Source: Cyanophora paradoxa CCMP329 (Eukaryota; Plantae; Glaucophyta). Taken from it: a DNA stretch of 50,817 nt. The notes under the pieces are model-generated. The model ran no database searches. It saw only the letters and a program-made list of their open reading frames with translations, and was not told where the DNA came from. Below, in pieces: positions 34,387 to 45,600 of the stretch. Every line of letters begins with the position of its first letter. Positions within the stretch are counted from its first letter, which is position 1. The translations under genes were made by a program, and so were the position numbers. Location: NCBI GenBank assembly GCA_004431415.1, contig QPMI01000345.1, positions 1 through 50,817 on the forward strand, read 5' to 3'.

Positions 34387-36042
34387 TCAGTTTGCGGCGG
34401 AGAACGCGTTCTTCAGAGCGACCTGCGCGGGCGCGGCGTGTTGGTCGCCGCGGGGCGCGCGGCGGGCGGGCGGGGCGTGCCTGCGCGGCGAGGTAGTCCC
34501 GGGTGCCCTTCATGACGGAGAGGAGGACCTCGAGACGCTTCAGCGTCTCCTGCATCTCCAGGAGCTGCGCGGGTGCCGCGTTCGGAGGGGGCAGCGCGCC
34601 CGGCGGGGGCAGAGCGCGGGGCACCAGCTGCAGCTCGGCGAGCTCCATGTCGAGCGTGCCGGCCACCGCGAAGCTGAACTCCTGCCGGGGCGTCAGGGGC
34701 GCGCGAGGCACGCGGGCAGGGGTGCGCCTCGCCTCGTAGAGCGGGCTCGAGGGGCCCTCGGCGACGGCCCGCTCGCACCACGAGTCCAGCACCTGCAGGC
34801 TCTTCTCGGGCGCCGTCCCGCTCAGCTTGCCGGACAGCTCGAGCACGTCCCGCAGCGCGCCGGCCACCTCCGCCCTCCGCCCCTCCAGGCTCTCGAATCC
34901 CTCCGCCGCTGCCGGCGGCACGTCGTCCAGCCACTGGACAATAGCCTGCGAACGAAGGCTCACCCCCCCGCGGAGGCCGGCGGGGCGCGCTCGCCGGCGG
35001 CGCACCTTGACGTAAGGCTTCTGCTGCGTGATCTGCACGATCCGGAAGCGCTTCTTCGCGTGCGTTATCACGATCAGCTGCCCGTCCTCCAGCTTCTCCG
35101 TCTGCGTCACCTCCGCGCAACAACCCACAGTGGCAAGCTGGTGCGGGTGAGCGCAGGGCAGAGCGTTGCGAGGGCGGCGGCTCACCGTCCCCCGTCCCTC
35201 GTCCTCGCTGTACAACACTACCCCAAACAGCTTATCCGCATCCAGTATATCCTTGAACATCAACTTGTAGCGGTCTGCGTGAGATGGAATCAGAATGTGG
35301 TCCCGTCTCGGGGGCACAGAGATGCGCGGACGGCATGTGCACCCTCGAAAATATGTAGTGGCATCACCGTTCCAGGGAAGAGAACGACAGAGAGCGGAAA
35401 GAGGCAAATCTCTGACCGCTCGTGCACATTTGGAGTGAGCGGTTGCGAGCACGACCCCGGCGGGGCGAGCGCAGTAAACGTGCACACCGGAGAGGCCGTA
35501 GAGAGTCGGCCCGCTGGAACCGCCGACGTCCAGATTGTCCGCGGGCGCGATGTTGTCGAACTTTGATGGCCGCACCAGCGGAGCCGGCACACTGCTCGCC
35601 TCCTCGTCGCCGCTGTCGTCGTCGTCCTCGCTGTCATTCTCCTCCGGCTCCTGGGATGCCACGCGTCAGAGCGCGCGTGCACGCTCTCTCCGCTGCGCCG
35701 GCACGTTCCGCGCACCGCCCCGCCACTGTTTGTTATGAAACACGGAGGCACCGAGCGGCCCGAGCGATCTGCATGCAGATGCCGATAACCCGTGCCGGCC
35801 GCTGCTGACGGCTGTTTTGGCCGACGGAAGCGAAGTGCCGAGTTGAATCCAAAACTCCAACCGCCGCCGAAAGCGCGCGCACGCCGCAAAGGCGGCGAGA
35901 GCTTGCTCGCAAGGCGGCCATCTGCCGCCGGGGAGACGGCGGCAGCGAACGAGGCTTGTCTGCTCCTAGAACATGCCGACGGGCTCGACGGCAGGGGCGA
36001 GACGAAAGCCGAAGATGGCGCTGAGCGCCTATAACTGTTCAT
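34387..36042 (-). CDS. Stand-alone Lon protease N-terminal (substrate-binding) domain protein with a plastid transit peptide
   Basis: Ser/Ala/Arg-rich N-terminus (SSAFVSPLPSS...); ICLFPLSVVLFPGTVMPLHIFE-RYKLMFKDILDADKLFGVV, LATVGCCAEV, EDGQLIVITHAKKRFRI, FSFAVA, LLEMQETLKRL. Confidence 0.88.
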
Positions 36043-36237
36043 GTTCCAGCGCTGGTTTTCTCATCGCCGGCAGAACCGGCAGGCGCGCAGATCTTGATCA
36101 CCGACTGAACCCCCCACCGGCTTGCCCCCCAGGGTAGGCTTGCCCCCCCCAAAAAAAAAAAACAATCGCTGCTGTGCGCGCGCATGCGTGTCTCTAGCTC
36201 TTCTCGGTCCCAATGCGTATGTATTGATGCAGTTACT

Positions 36238-38976
36238 CTAGAAGACGTCGCAGTCTGGGGTGAGGTGCCTGGCGGAGCCGCAGAGGGTGCAGCGGCCAGC
36301 GCCGATGCTGCCGCTCCGCGGCGAGGCGCGGAGGCTCGCGTGGAGGGCCGGGGAGGAGAGGAGTGCGGAGGAGTTGCCGGCGCCGCGGCGGAGTGGGGCG
36401 GAGCCGGGGCGGGCGTGGGAGCGGGGGGCGGGGGGCGGGAGGGTTCGCGCCGGTGGCGCCGGTGTGGATGGCGCGAGTGCGGAGGCCTCCAGGGCGGCGT
36501 TGGCCTCGCGCGAGGCGTCGGACATGAGGTGGCGCGCCACGGCGGCACGCAGGTCGGCGATCAGCGCCGCCTGGTCCGCGATGTGGCTCGCCGCCCGCTG
36601 CATCTCCGCCGCCAGCCGGCGCGACCCCGCCCGCGCCCTCTCCAGCTGCGCCCCGCGTCAGCCTCGGAGCGAGGGAGTCGAACGGGTAGGGGCGCGCGCC
36701 TCGGCGCGGAGGCCGGCGCGCTGCTCCTCGCCGCGGACGGCGACGGCGCGGGCGGCGGCCGCCTCCTCCTCCAGCTTCGCCCGCTCCTTGTCGAACTCGT
36801 ACTGCGCCGCCCGCTTCCCGACTCCTGCGCACGCGCCGCCGCGCTCGAGGGAGCGGCGGGCGGGCGCCGGGGCGGGGCGGCGCGCACGAAGAGCTGCTTG
36901 ACGCGGGAGCGGGAGTCCCCGGCGGCCGCCTGCGGGGCGCCTCGCGCCGGGCCGGGCCGGGCGGGGCGAGGGGGCGGGGCGGGGACGGCGCACGGCGTCG
37001 GCGGCGTCGGCGCGGAGGGCCTCGGCGGCGGCGCGCTGCTTGAGCTCCCGCACCTCCCGGTCCCGCTGCGCCAGCATCTGCACCGGGGCGGCCGCTCAGC
37101 GCGCGCGCCGGGGCCCCCGGAGGGCGGGCCCCGCCCGCACGGCGCTCTTGGAGGCAAGCGCCTCCTCCAGGTCCTTCATCTGCTGCCGCAGCTCCGCGAC
37201 CTGCCCCCGCCCATCGCCGGGGGCGCGGGGCCGTCGCGGGCGGGCGGGCGCGCACGTCGACCATGCGGGAGGCGGAGCGCGGCACGCGGACGCTCGACGC
37301 GTTCGTGCGCCCCGTCTCCCCGTCCTTCTCCTCCGTCCCCTGCGCCCCCGGCCCCGCTCGCCAAGCCGCAGAAGAGGAGCGGCGAGCACGCGGGCGGGGG
37401 TACCGGGGCGAAGCGGAAGCGGCGGGAGGCGCGGGGCTCGACGCGGAAGCGCAGGTGGAGCTCGCCCGAGACCTGCTCGCCCGGCTTCGAGGACTGCGGG
37501 GGCGGCCGGGTCAAGCGGGGGGCGGGGGAGGCGGCGCGCGGCCGGGGGGCGCACGGCGACGGGGAACCAGTGGTCCCAGGGGGCCCCCTCGCGCTGGAGG
37601 GCCGCCAGCGAGACCGCGACCTCGCCCATATAGTCCGACGCCTGCGCTGGCGGACGTCAGACGCCGCGGGGCGCTGGGGCCGCCGCCGCCGCGGGGGCGC
37701 GCCGTGACGGCGTCCCAGTCGAGGACGGTGACAACCAGCACGCCCCTGCGCGCCAGGGCGGGGCGGTCAGGGCGGGCGCGGCGCGGCGCCGGCGGGGGCA
37801 GGGCGCGCTTGGGGTCCGAGACGGCGAAGGAGGCCTCGTAGTCCCAGCGCGGCTTGAGCGTACGCCTCCGGATCTGCAGGGGGCGGTCGGGCAGGGTGGG
37901 GCGCCGGGCGGGGCGGGGCGGGGCGGGCCTCGGTGCGGCCGAGCTCCTCGGGCCCGCAGGTGAGGGTGCAGTAGGGGTCGCTGAGGCCGTTCGCGTCCTT
38001 CGAGGCGAGGGCCCGCCCCTCGACCACCTCCACGATCACCTGCCCGCCGCCTCGCGCCCGGCCCCATCCCCTCCGCGGGGCGCCCCGCCCGCACCTTGTC
38101 GCCCCGCTTGACGCCCCGCTCGCTCCCCGGGGCGGGCGCCAGGCCGAGCTGCTCCTTCTTCCTCCGCTCCGTGGCGCCATCGTCCTGCGCGCCGCTCGGC
38201 CCGCGGGCCTCGCCTGGGGCGGGGCGGGGGCAGAGGGCGCGGACCCGCTCGAACTGGAACTCGATGGTGATGCGGCCGGTCTCCTTGTCCTCCTCGCCGC
38301 GAAGGATGTACTCCCCGATGCGGTTCTCGTCCGCCTGGAGGGAGGCGAGGACGTTCAGGGGCACCTGGACGTCCCCGCAGAAGGCGTCGCCCCCGGCCGC
38401 CCGCTTCTCCCACACGTCCAGCTCCAGCAGGTCCCGCGAGAGGTCGTCCACCGCGCTGCGCCGGCCCCGGCCCCCGCTCGGCGATCGCCGGGGCCGCGGA
38501 GAGCGCGCGGGGCCGCGTGCGCACAAGAGCGGGAGGACCTCGTTGCCCCAGTTGGCGTTCATGGTCGAGCCGTCCGACCAGAGCGCGCCGCGCGCGAGCC
38601 CCGTGCGCTCCTCCTGCTGGAGGCAGCGCGCCTTGACGTACAGGTTGCGGCCCTCCAGCGCCTTCGCCGCTGCGCGGGAGCTGAGCTCAGCGGAGGCCGC
38701 GAGCGAGAAGGCGCCCCGGCGACGCGCACGCTTCGCGCCCTTCTTCACGGGGGCGGGCGCGGCCTCGGGCGGCGGCGAGGTCAGGATGCAGCTGTGTACG
38801 GCGACCGCGAGGCAGCCGGACACTCCGACGGCCTCCCCCGCGCCGAGATCCCCCAGCGACGAGCCGAGCGACGCGGAGAGCGTAAGGGTCTTCTCATCCT
38901 TCGTCTTCTGTCTGTCCTTGGTCTTGCCGGCGCCGACCTTGGACAGGTCTAGCTTCAGCTCGTCCCGCGGGTCCAT
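36238..38976 (-). CDS. Multi-C2-domain protein with a coiled coil and a C-terminal CCHC zinc knuckle
   Basis: C2 motifs LLELDVWEKRAAGGDAFCGDVQVPL, VIVEVVEGRALASKDANGLSDPYCTL, TLKPRWDYE, VVTVLDWD, YMGEVAVSL, VSGELHLRF; C-terminal CTLCGSARHLTPDC (C-x2-C-x4-H-x4-C). Confidence 0.8.
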
Positions 38977-39238
38977 TTCCGCTCCCAGATCGCTCTCTGG
39001 AGCTTGTGATTCCTGTTCTACGGCCCTCGGCCCGCTGCGCCAACCGTAGCTAAAGACTGCTGAGCAGTTGCAGCGCGCTTCGAGAGTCCAGGTTAGGCGT
39101 ACTCAACATGCGGCGCTGCCGCTGGAAGAAATACGGCGCTGTCAGCTTTCTAAGTCTCGCCTTGTGTCAGGCGGCGACTGCGTGTGCGGGCGTCTTGCAG
39201 ACCGCCGTGTTCGTCTTGGCGAGCAGATAAGGCGAGGT

Positions 39239-39287
39239 GCGCTTAGGCTTTGAGCAGCTCAGCGCTTAGGCTTTGAGCAGCTCAGCG
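39239..39287. repeat. Perfect 23-bp tandem duplication in a divergent intergenic region
   Basis: GCGCTTAGGCTTTGAGCAGCTCA occurs twice in tandem. Confidence 0.95.
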
Positions 39288-39386
39288 TTTGGAGAACTCG
39301 CTGCACGAGCGCGCGATACCCCCCCAGACCAAACCCAGGAAAGCCAAAAGCTGCTGAACCCCAACGGCCGTAGCCGCAGTGTGTGC

Positions 39387-40432
39387 ATGGCGCAACGGGG
39401 CGAGGCTTCGTATCCCCCGATGGAACCGCACGGCACAATCGCGGAGCCGCCGCTGGACTCGAACGGGGCGCGCAGGGACGGGAGAAGCTGGGACGACGCA
39501 AGACCAATCTGTCAGCGCCTGCCCACGCGATCCGCGCGACCCGGCGCTGACGATCGAGCACCCATGCAGTTCTCAAGACGGGCGTCGTGAGCCAGGCGAG
39601 TGGATCGGCATATGTCGAGATGAACAAGACGAAAGTGATCTGCGCCGTGTGCGTGGCCCCACATAGCTAGCGCACCGCGCGTGAGAAGCCTGATGCGCGT
39701 ACGCAGCTACGGGCCAAGGCAGTCGGACAAGATGCAGTACAGCGATACAGGAAAGCTCAACTGCGACTTCAAATTCGCAGCGTTCGCGACGCCCGTGAGG
39801 AAACGCGGGCTGCAGGTCGGCGTGATCCGCCCCGCCCGCGCCTGCTGCAAGCTGAGTGCGCCCGCAGACCCAGGAGGAGAAAGAGGCGAGCTCGGTGATC
39901 CAACAGGCGCTGGGCGCGGCGGTGCAGGTGGCGAAGTTCCCTAAGTCTGTCCTGGACGTCTTCCTGTTCGTTGTGGAGTCGGATGGCGGCGCGCTCGCGG
40001 CGGGCGTCACGGCGGCGGCACTCGCAGTCGCCGACGCCGGCGTGGAGATGTACGACCTGGTAGCAGGGGCGTCGGCGGTGCGCGAGGCAGCCGCGCGCCG
40101 TGTTGGGGAAGCGCCGGCCCACTCCCCGCGCAGGCGGCGGTGGGGGGCAAGCTGCTGCTGGACCCGACGGCGGCGGAGGAGCGGGCGCAGAGCGGGAGCG
40201 TGCTGCTGGCGACGATGCCCTCGCTAAGGCAGGTCACCCACGTGCTGCAGCTCGGGCAGCTCTCCCAGCGCGCCGCCGTGGAGGTGCGCGGCCGCCCCGG
40301 CCCCCACGGCGCCTCCGCCCCGCCCCCGACCGGCCGCAGGCGATGGAGCTGTGCGAGGACGCGTGCGGGAAGCTGCACGCGGCGATGCGGGAGTGCCTCG
40401 TGGCGTCCGTGGGCGCCAAGGGCAGGAGCTAG
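39387..40432 (+). CDS. MTR3: RNA exosome RNase PH-like subunit, MTR3/EXOSC6-like
   Basis: RRDGRSWDDARPIFLKTGVVSQASGSAYVEMNKTKVICAVYGPR, LNCDFKFAAFA, FPKSVLDVFLFVVESDGGALAAGVTAAALAVADAGVEMYDLV, LLLDPTAAEE. FKFAxF and MYDLV favour MTR3 over RRP41. Confidence 0.85.
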
Positions 40433-40464
40433 CCTCTCTTGTAACAGAGGGGACTGGACGCGCG

Positions 40465-42540
40465 CTACCTGCCGCGGGTGGAGGCCGAGGCGGGGCGCGC
40501 GCGGCCGGGCTGCGAGGGCGAGGGCGACGGGGCGGCCGGCGGGGCGGCCGGCGCGAGGGCACGGCGCTGCGGGGCCGCGTGACGGGCACGGAGGAGGGCA
40601 GCATGGCGATGGAGGCGGATGGGTAGTAGACCTGTCGGGGCCCGGAAGGTAAGATGGACAAACAGCGAGCCGCGGGGCGGACGTCGGCGCACGGGGATGG
40701 GGGCGTGCCATTCCACGGGGCGCGCGGGGCGCGCGGGGCGGCCGCCTGGCGGGGCGCGGCGGGGTGGGCGTGGCCGTGGCCGTGGCCGTGGGCGGGTGCG
40801 GGGGCGGGGGCGGGGGACGTGGGCGAGGAGGCGCCGGGCCCGTCCCAGGGCCCGAAGCCGGAGCCGAGGGAGTCGCGGAGGTCGTGCTCCGGGGCGGCCA
40901 CGCTCGCCTCGCTGGGCTTGCGCGAGAGGGCCTCCGCCAGCACCCGCGGCACGTCCACCGCGATCGACAGCGCCGCCCCGGGCCCCAGGCCCGTCCCCGG
41001 CCCCGCGCCCGCCCGCGGCGTCCCCGCCCACGCCCCCAGGAACTCGTGCAGCAGCCGCGGCGACGTCTGCGCGGCGCCCTCCCGCCGCTCCACCGGCTCC
41101 GCGCTTCGCTGCGCCGCCTCGAGCTGCGCGCGCTCAGAGGAAGGCGGGGCGTGAGGGCGGGGGCGGGGGCGGCGGGCACCATGGCCTGGAGGTGGCGGCC
41201 CTGGCGCTCGGCGGCCTGGCGCTCGGCGCGCTCCCGCTCGTACATCTCGGAGACGGCCTGCAGCTCCGCCGCGAGGCGGTACTGTTCCGCCTCCAGCGCC
41301 GCGATCCGCTCCTCCTGCGCCGCCGCCGCCCGCCCCGCCGCCTCCAGCTCCCGCTCCAGCTGCCCCGGCCGCGCCGCCGCCTCCGCTCTTGGCGCCGCCG
41401 CAGCCTCCGCCGCCTGCGTGGCGCGCCGCGCCGCCGCCGCCGCCGCCGCCCCGCCGCCGGCCGGCGCGTGCAGCGAGGAGAGCGAGTGCGAGCGGGGGCG
41501 CCCGCCGCGCGTTTCGGGTTCGGGGGCGGCGCGGGGGGCGGGGGCGGCGCCGCCTCCTCTGCGGGCGCCAGGGCGGGCGGGGGTACAGGCAGGACCTCGT
41601 CGGGCGGCGGAGGGGAGTAGGGGCGCGACGGCTCGTGCAGGGAGGGTGCCGGGGCGACGCCGTGGGCCGGGGCGATGGGGTGCGCCGAGGAGGGGGCCGA
41701 GGAGGCGGACGTTGATGCGTAGGAGGAAGGGTGAGAAGGCTGGGGCGCCGAGGCGCTGGTCGGGGCCGGGGCGGGGGCGGGCGGGGGTCGCGGGGGTGGG
41801 TGGGCGATGGCGCTGCGGAGCTGGGAGCGGATAGCGGATACGAGGGAGGCGTCCCCGCCTTCGGCGGGGGCATCGGGCCAGGCATCCTCCCGCCGGGGGC
41901 GCAGCCCGAACCGCTCCGCTACACTCGCCGCGTCCAGAGACACGGGGTACGAAGGCGGCGGAGACGGGGCGGGCGGCGACGCGGGGGGCGCGTCCTCCCA
42001 AGGGGGTACACCCCGGGCGGAGCGCCGCTCGACGCCCGCGCTCGTCGGTCGAGTGGGCCGCTGGATGAAGAACCCGCCGCCCAACGGGACAGGGACAGGG
42101 CGCGGGGCGGCTGCGGGGAGTGGTGAGGGCTCTGCTGTGTGTGGCGAGCGGGGCGGGGCATGCGCACGGGCGTTTCCGGCGAGGATGAAGCCTGGCGCGG
42201 GAGAGGCCGAGGTGGGCCGCTTGCGCTCCATCGCGCTCGAAGGGCGAGCCCGCGAGAAGCCCGCCCCAGTGCTGTAGGGCGGCAGGGGCTGGCCGGGCGC
42301 CGGCGTGGGTTCCGGACCCGCGTACGCATAGCTCGGCTGCGGGGCGGGAGGGGCGGGCGGAGGGTGACCCGGGGCCGGCATCGGCGAGGGAGGGCTCCGC
42401 GGTACTGCGTGCCCTGCCGACGACGCGCGTCTGCTCTGCTCCCAGAGCGCAGGATTGCCATTGAAGGCCTTCAAGATGGCGTCTGGATCAACGGGAGGTG
42501 GCTTGTTTGAGTCACGCCTCTTTCCGTGGTTCCAAAACAT
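40465..42540 (-). CDS. Pro-rich, low-complexity protein with a central coiled coil, unknown function; boundaries approximate
   Basis: MFWNHGKRRDSNKPPPVDPDAILKAF..., repeated RP(S/T)SA motifs, coiled coil LERELEAAGRAAAAQEERIAALEAEQYRLAAELQAVSEMYERE; one or more indels or introns break the frame. Confidence 0.55.
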
Positions 42541-42581
42541 CCTCTCGTGGATGCTTGGCACCTGGCGGGGGTTCGCTTTTT

Positions 42582-42644
42582 ACGCTTAGCTACTCTCCAT
42601 CACAGCTGAGCACAGCTGAGTACGGCACACGCTTAGCTACTCTC
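42582..42644. promoter_or_regulatory. Nested direct repeats in the bidirectional promoter upstream of THO2
   Basis: ACGCTTAGCTACTCTC at 42582 and 42629 flank tandem CACAGCTGAG x2 (42601-42620). The repeats are seen; a regulatory role is inferred from position only. Confidence 0.4.
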
Positions 42645-42696
42645 TATCGATAGCGTACCCGTCGGTGCGAAAAAGAAGGAGCGCGCCGCGCCTCGA

Positions 42697-45600
42697 ATGG
42701 AGGCCTTCACGGCGGAGCTCCTGGCCCGCTGGGAAGATGGAGGCCGCGCGGAGGGGTTCGCGCATCGCAGTCGCGCTGCACCGTCGTTCGCTAACTCTGC
42801 GCCCTCGCAGCCTGAAATTGTTCAAAGACGTCGTCGATGGTCGAGGTCGGTCGCCTCCTACGCCCCGACCATCGCGCATCGCCGTGCTAAGCGCTGCGCC
42901 GACAGAGACCGCGGACGCGAAGAAGCGGGCCATCTACGAGCTCGTCCTACAGGCGATGCGTAACGCGATCCCACACGCGAAGGCCGCCGCCTTCCTGGCC
43001 GAGCTGAAGGCCGGAATGGATGAGGTGCCCTCGCTCGCCGCACGGTCGAACGCCCACCCTACATGACGCCCCCGGTTCGACAGGCGCAAGGCAAGGCCTT
43101 CGCCTCCGTCCTCGTCGACGTGATCTGGCTTGCATGTGCGCCCCGCAGGCGGCCGTCAGCATAGCTAGGCTGACTCGTGCTTCCGCAGCGGTCGAGGCGG
43201 AGCTCATTGAGGAGTACAGGCAGCGGCTGGCTCCGCTCGTGCGGGACCTGATGGTGCGCCGTGCTCGCCGCGGGCGCGGGCGGTCGCCGCGCGTGTGGGT
43301 GAGCCCGCCCCGCAGCAGGCGGGCACGGTGAGCGCCCAGATGCTGGTGGAGCGCATTGAGGACGAGAACTTCCTGCATCTCTGCAACGCGATCACCGACG
43401 TCAAGCGTCACAAGGAGAAGGCGAGCGCGCCGCGCCCGCGCGCGGCGCCGTGCACGACGTGCGACCGTGCGGCGCAGGTGATCAAGACGCGCACGAAGAT
43501 GCTCTACACGCAGCAGAAGTACAATCTGATGCGCGAGGAGACGGAGGGCTACTCGAAGCTCGTGACGGAGGTGAACCAGGCGGGCCTCACGGCCGCCAAC
43601 GCCCCCGTCGTCCTGAAGGCGCGCCCCCCGCCCCGCACCGCCCCCGCCCCTCACCCGGCGCTCGCTGCGCGCAGAACGTGCAAAGTCTGATCGGCTACTT
43701 CGATCTGGACCCGAACCGCGTGGCCGACATCGTGCTGGATGCGTACGAGGCGAACCTCGCGTGCGCCCCTCCGCCCGCGCTTCGTCCGGCTCCCTCTCGT
43801 GGCCGGGCCTCACGCGGCACAGCTCGACCGCGTACCCGGTCCTGCTGAAGGCGCTCTGCAAGCCGGCGTACCTGCCCCACCTCCTCGGCTTCAAGTTCCA
43901 GGTCCGCCGCCGACACCCGCGCCCTCGGGAGGGAGTTGCGTGCCAGCGCCATCGCGCAGTTCTACCAGCGGCAGGCCGCGGCCGCGTCGCTGGCCACGGC
44001 CACGGGTCCCTTCGTCGGGTCCGAGGCGCCGGCGGAGGGCGCGGCGGCGGCGGCCCCGCGGCGGCGCCGGCGGGGGCGGCGGGGGCGCCGGCGGCGACGC
44101 CGCAGCGGCTGTATCGGCTGGCGGGGCTCCTGATCCGGCAGAAGCTGGTGACGGTGGACGAGCTGTACCCGCACCTGGCGCCGGACGACGCGACGGCGCG
44201 GCGCGAGTACGACGAGCTGCACAAGGCGCTCCTCGAGGCGGCCAAGAAGATCGGCTCCGTCAACCTCGCCGCCACCGCCAACGCCCCGGACGGGCCCGAC
44301 GCCGACAAGGACAAGAAGCCCGACGAGAAGAAGCCGGCGGCGCCGGCCGCGGCGGCGGGGGAGAAGGGCGGCGCGGCGGCGGCGGCGGCGGCGAAGGCGG
44401 AGCAACTGGCGAACATGTCGCTGGAGGAGCTGCAGGCGGCGGCGGCGCAGAAGGCCGGGGAGAACCAGAAGCTGGGGCTCATCGTGGGCCTCCTGGAGGT
44501 CCGCCACTGGTCGGCCGCCGAGGCGCTCCTGCGGCGGCTGGCGCACCTGGACCCCGCGGCGCACCCGCCCATCCACCGCGCCCTCTGCACCATCGTCGCC
44601 CACTGCGTGGACCCCATCTACCGCCTCCACTCCCCGACCCGCCTCATCGCCGCCGCCGCCGCGCCCCTCCCGCCCGCCCCCTCCCCGATGCCCGCCCCCG
44701 CCGCCCCGGCCCCGGCCGCCCCGGCCCCGGCGGCGGCGGCGGCGGCGGAGGCGCTGCCGGAGCTGCCGTGGGAGGAGGACGTGAAGCCGGTGGTGGCGCT
44801 GCAGAACCTGCCCCGCCTCTTCCCCGTGCTCGCGCACCTCGGGCTCTACCTCCACGCCGACCCCGTCCTCCACGCCAAGATCCTCCGCCTCCTCAAGGCC
44901 TACGTCGTCAAGTGCGGGAGCGACCCCAAGGCCCAGGAGGAGGTCGAGGGTGCGCCGCCCCCCTCTGGCCGCCGCGCGGGGCGGCGGGGGCCGGGGCCGA
45001 GGCCGAGGCGGGGCGGGCAGGGATGGCGGCGCGGAGCCTCTTCCCGGCGCTGGCGATGGTGAGCGAGGTGCCGTTCGTGGCGTACGAGACGTGGGAGGTC
45101 GTGCGCTACCTGCCCCACGTCGTCCGCTTCCGCATGTACGGCACCGTCAAGCGCGAGATGTACGAGCGCTCGGCGCGGCTCGCCGTCGTGCGCGCCCAGG
45201 CGATCGTGGAGATGAAGAAGCACCTGCGGCGCATCTCGAAGGAGAAGGAGATCCTCAAGCAGATGGCCCGCAAGGTCGTGAAGGCGACGCTCGCGAACCC
45301 GCTGCCGACCCTCGAGGTGGCCCTGGACCAGCTGCAGGCCTACGACAACCTCATCCAGATGTTCGTCGACGTCTTCAAGCAGTTCACCCCGCTCCAGTTC
45401 GACTGCCTCGGCTGTCCGCGCCCCCCGCCCCCCCGCCCCCCCGCCCGGGCCGGCCTTTCTCACCGGCGGCGGGGCGCAGACCTGATCGTGGAGCACCTGT
45501 GCAAGGACCGGGAGCGGATCAAGCGGGACGGGACGAACACGGCGCTCTGGCTGGCGGGGCTGGCGACCTTCGCGGGGCTGCTGTGCCGCAAGTACCCCGG

